Part shown: positions 25,401-28,400 of the stretch, in pieces
How the letters are laid out: each line of letters opens with the position of its first letter
Position numbering within the stretch: the first letter of the stretch is position 1
Source of the DNA: Candidatus Harpocratesius repetitus
GTDB lineage: Archaea; Asgardarchaeota; Lokiarchaeia; Sigyniarchaeales; Promethearchaeaceae
DNA length: 32,000 nt
Direction: 5' to 3'
Assembly (NCBI GenBank): GCA_021498095.1
Contig: JAIZWK010000001.1
Span: 960,001 to 992,000, forward strand
The notes under the pieces: generated by a model
Told to the model about the DNA's origin: nothing
The model's database searches: none
What the model saw: only the letters and a program-made list of their open reading frames with translations
Translations under genes and position numbers: made by a program

Positions 25401-28400
25401 CAAATCCCGTTCCCCTCCAGATAAAATTCGGCATAAATTGAAACCATTTGGGGATCTAGATCGACAATAGGTGTAAGAATAACAATAGGATGGTTATAAT
25501 GGGCGGAAAATTCAAAAAATTTGTATGAAGAAGTAATTCCAGTCCAAACCCCCATCTCCATAGCAAAGGAGGTTATTGGTATGCAAGAATATGATGATGA
25601 TGAATTGATCACAAGGTCAGGATGAGAAAAAATCATATCGAATTCATCGGGATCCGCATAAACCGAAGGTAATGTAAATTCAACAGTAATCTGCAATTCA
25701 ACAATTCTCATCCCCAACCAAGGAGTTAGGTCAAATATCCATGTTTCTAAAGTGCTATTTTCAGAAAAGACACCTTTGGCGACTTCTGTTTCGTTTACCA
25801 TAATTTGATATGCACCGGTGGAATCGAGCGATCCTGCGGGTAAAACTGATGAATTAATGAAGCCCGTTAAAGAAATATTCCCATATATGCAAGAACTCGT
25901 ATCATAATCGGGAGCATAAATAAATGAGGTAGAAGCGGTAGTTCCTTGAGAACCGGTGCGCAGGCCCGAAATGCCCGAAATTATATAGCCGTCATTAACT
26001 ATTGTAGTGTTTAATGTTTGAGATGAAGATGAGAAGGTCAGATCTTGCCATTGATTGAGATGTTCGGCTGAAGACCAAGATGCAAGGTAGTTCATTTCTA
26101 TTTTAATTGATCTGAATGCGAAAAACCAAGAGTCGGGAGTTCCCCATGTAGTATTGTAAAAACCCGTGTTGAATATCATTTTAAGCCCGAGATAAAGTCG
26201 GGTGGATCTTGTATATGCAGAAGAAGAAAGAGATACGTTGATATAATTAAATGGTGAGCCTTGTGAAAAGGTGATCGGGATTATCTCGAGGATGTTGTGG
26301 TTCTCATCGTACATGACCGCTTCCAGCTCAAATGGTGTATCTCCAGGAAAGTCGTAATCATCATGAATTTCCCTAAAGGTCTTCATATTTAAGCTGATTG
26401 TTCCATTGAGAATATGTGTCGCAGGAAGGAAAAATGAAGGCGAAATAATAGTAATTTCTCCATTTTCCCCAGTAATTGTTCCATAATACATACAATCTTT
26501 TGCATCCCAAACATCATGGAACATGGATGGGTTAGTCTGCTCGTAAATCGTCCAACCATTATATCCTGTTGTTCCTCCTCGCCATGACCAGGCCCTAACT
26601 AAATTAGTAGTGGTGGTAATTCGAACAGGATATTCGGGATCACCTGAAATCTGCCCATCTTCATCAATACTCTCAGGAATTTGATAATCGAATTGATCAT
26701 AACGGTGAACCGCATCTAAAATATCGGTCGCTACGCAATCACTGTAAAACTCGTTTCCATTCCAAGAAAATTGAGCAATTGTAGTTAAAGGAACGAAGCC
26801 GGAACAATTTGTATATTCGAAATATCCAAAAGCGTTTGTTTGAAGATTAGTAAGGAACAGATATTCTCCGCCAATGTATTGCGAAAGGCTTACATTTGCA
26901 AAAGAAATCACCCGATTTGTATAAAGATCTTTCAATGTTGCGCGAAACACATTTTTAAATTCATCATGTGTATTAATAGAAATAAACCCTGCTGATGTCC
27001 CTTTTTCAATGGGGAAAGTAAAATGCGCATGAGAGGGAATGACCCTTATTGAATACTGTGCGGAACTATTATACGGGACATAATTCCAAATGTCACCAAC
27101 AACGCTAATCTGTACATAATATAGTTCATTAACAACATATGATTCATTACTCAAGCGCTCGGGATCCATTGCAAACGTAACGCTGTGCGATCCCGCAGGT
27201 AAACTTGCTCGATAGACATCCATCAACACATCATCACTGGCTCTTCGAATCTCGACGTGGTTAACAGTATCTTGATCTGTAGTCCAGGTTATATTCAATT
27301 CATCAAACACATGAATTCTGAATTCTGTGTTATTATAGTTCCATCCTGAAAAACCAGAATTTTGACCGTATAAACATGATAACTGCACATCAATGATGGG
27401 ATTTGTATTTGATGGAAGAGCATTAACATAAAAGAATGATGAATAAGTACCCATACAAAAAACGAAAATAAAGATTGCCCAAAATGTTACTCTTCGCTTC
27501 TTTTTGCGAATATTAAAGACTTTCTGGCCTACCAGCCAAATTCCTGTTATTAATAGTATGAATAATAATGTACTACCTATATCTGGACTGGGTTTAAAAG
27601 AACTTAATGGAAGAGAATCCTCTATAGAATTGTGTAAAATGTGGGGGATGATTGATTCACGTGTAGAAATTTGTCCGTCAGAAACGGTCACTTCCAACAC
27701 ACTTGCATTGTCTGTAATAAAACCTCCTAAAATGGTAAAATTCATCAAAAACGATTTTTCCTTAACCATTCCTAAAGAGAATAAAGAACCTTCATACAAT
27801 TTCCGCTCTCCATACCGTATTCGAACTGTGGAATTTGGCAAAAATTCGTAATCCGTCGCAACGATTTTGAAATAAGCTTTCTTATTTGGTCGAATTTCTG
27901 GAGTAATCTGAATAATATCAACTTCGGGGCGCTTGTTTTCCATTACATTAACAATTACTTGTTGATGGGTGCGGGTAACATCAGGAGCTTCTACAATAAC
28001 ATCCAATACATTAGAACCGATTGGAAATTTACTTGCATTTAAGTTATAGATAATATCGGTTGTTCCTGTATAATTGGCAACCATCAATTCAGAACCGTTA
28101 TATAGAAGATGGAATCTGCCGAAATCATTAGCTCGATCAATAACGCTAAAACTAACATTTACGATTTCCCTTTTATCTATTTCCATATTCATTGGTGAAA
28201 CCAAGCGAGGTGCTAAGTTTTCAACAATTTTTAGATCAACTGATGAATATATATAACCTATTAACGGATCTTCATAACGGAGCATCAATTCATACAACCC
28301 TACATCCCAAGAACTGACATTTAATTCAATTCTGCTGTTAGCTGGAGACGAAGAAATAATAAAATAATTTCTGGTTATAGAATCGTTTAAAATAATGGAA

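Noticed and set aside
1041-28256. All short ORFs listed in the track across this interval (both strands)
   Set aside because: They overlap the giant minus-strand CDS. Several are in-phase antisense shadows or alternative frames, and none has a recognisable motif.
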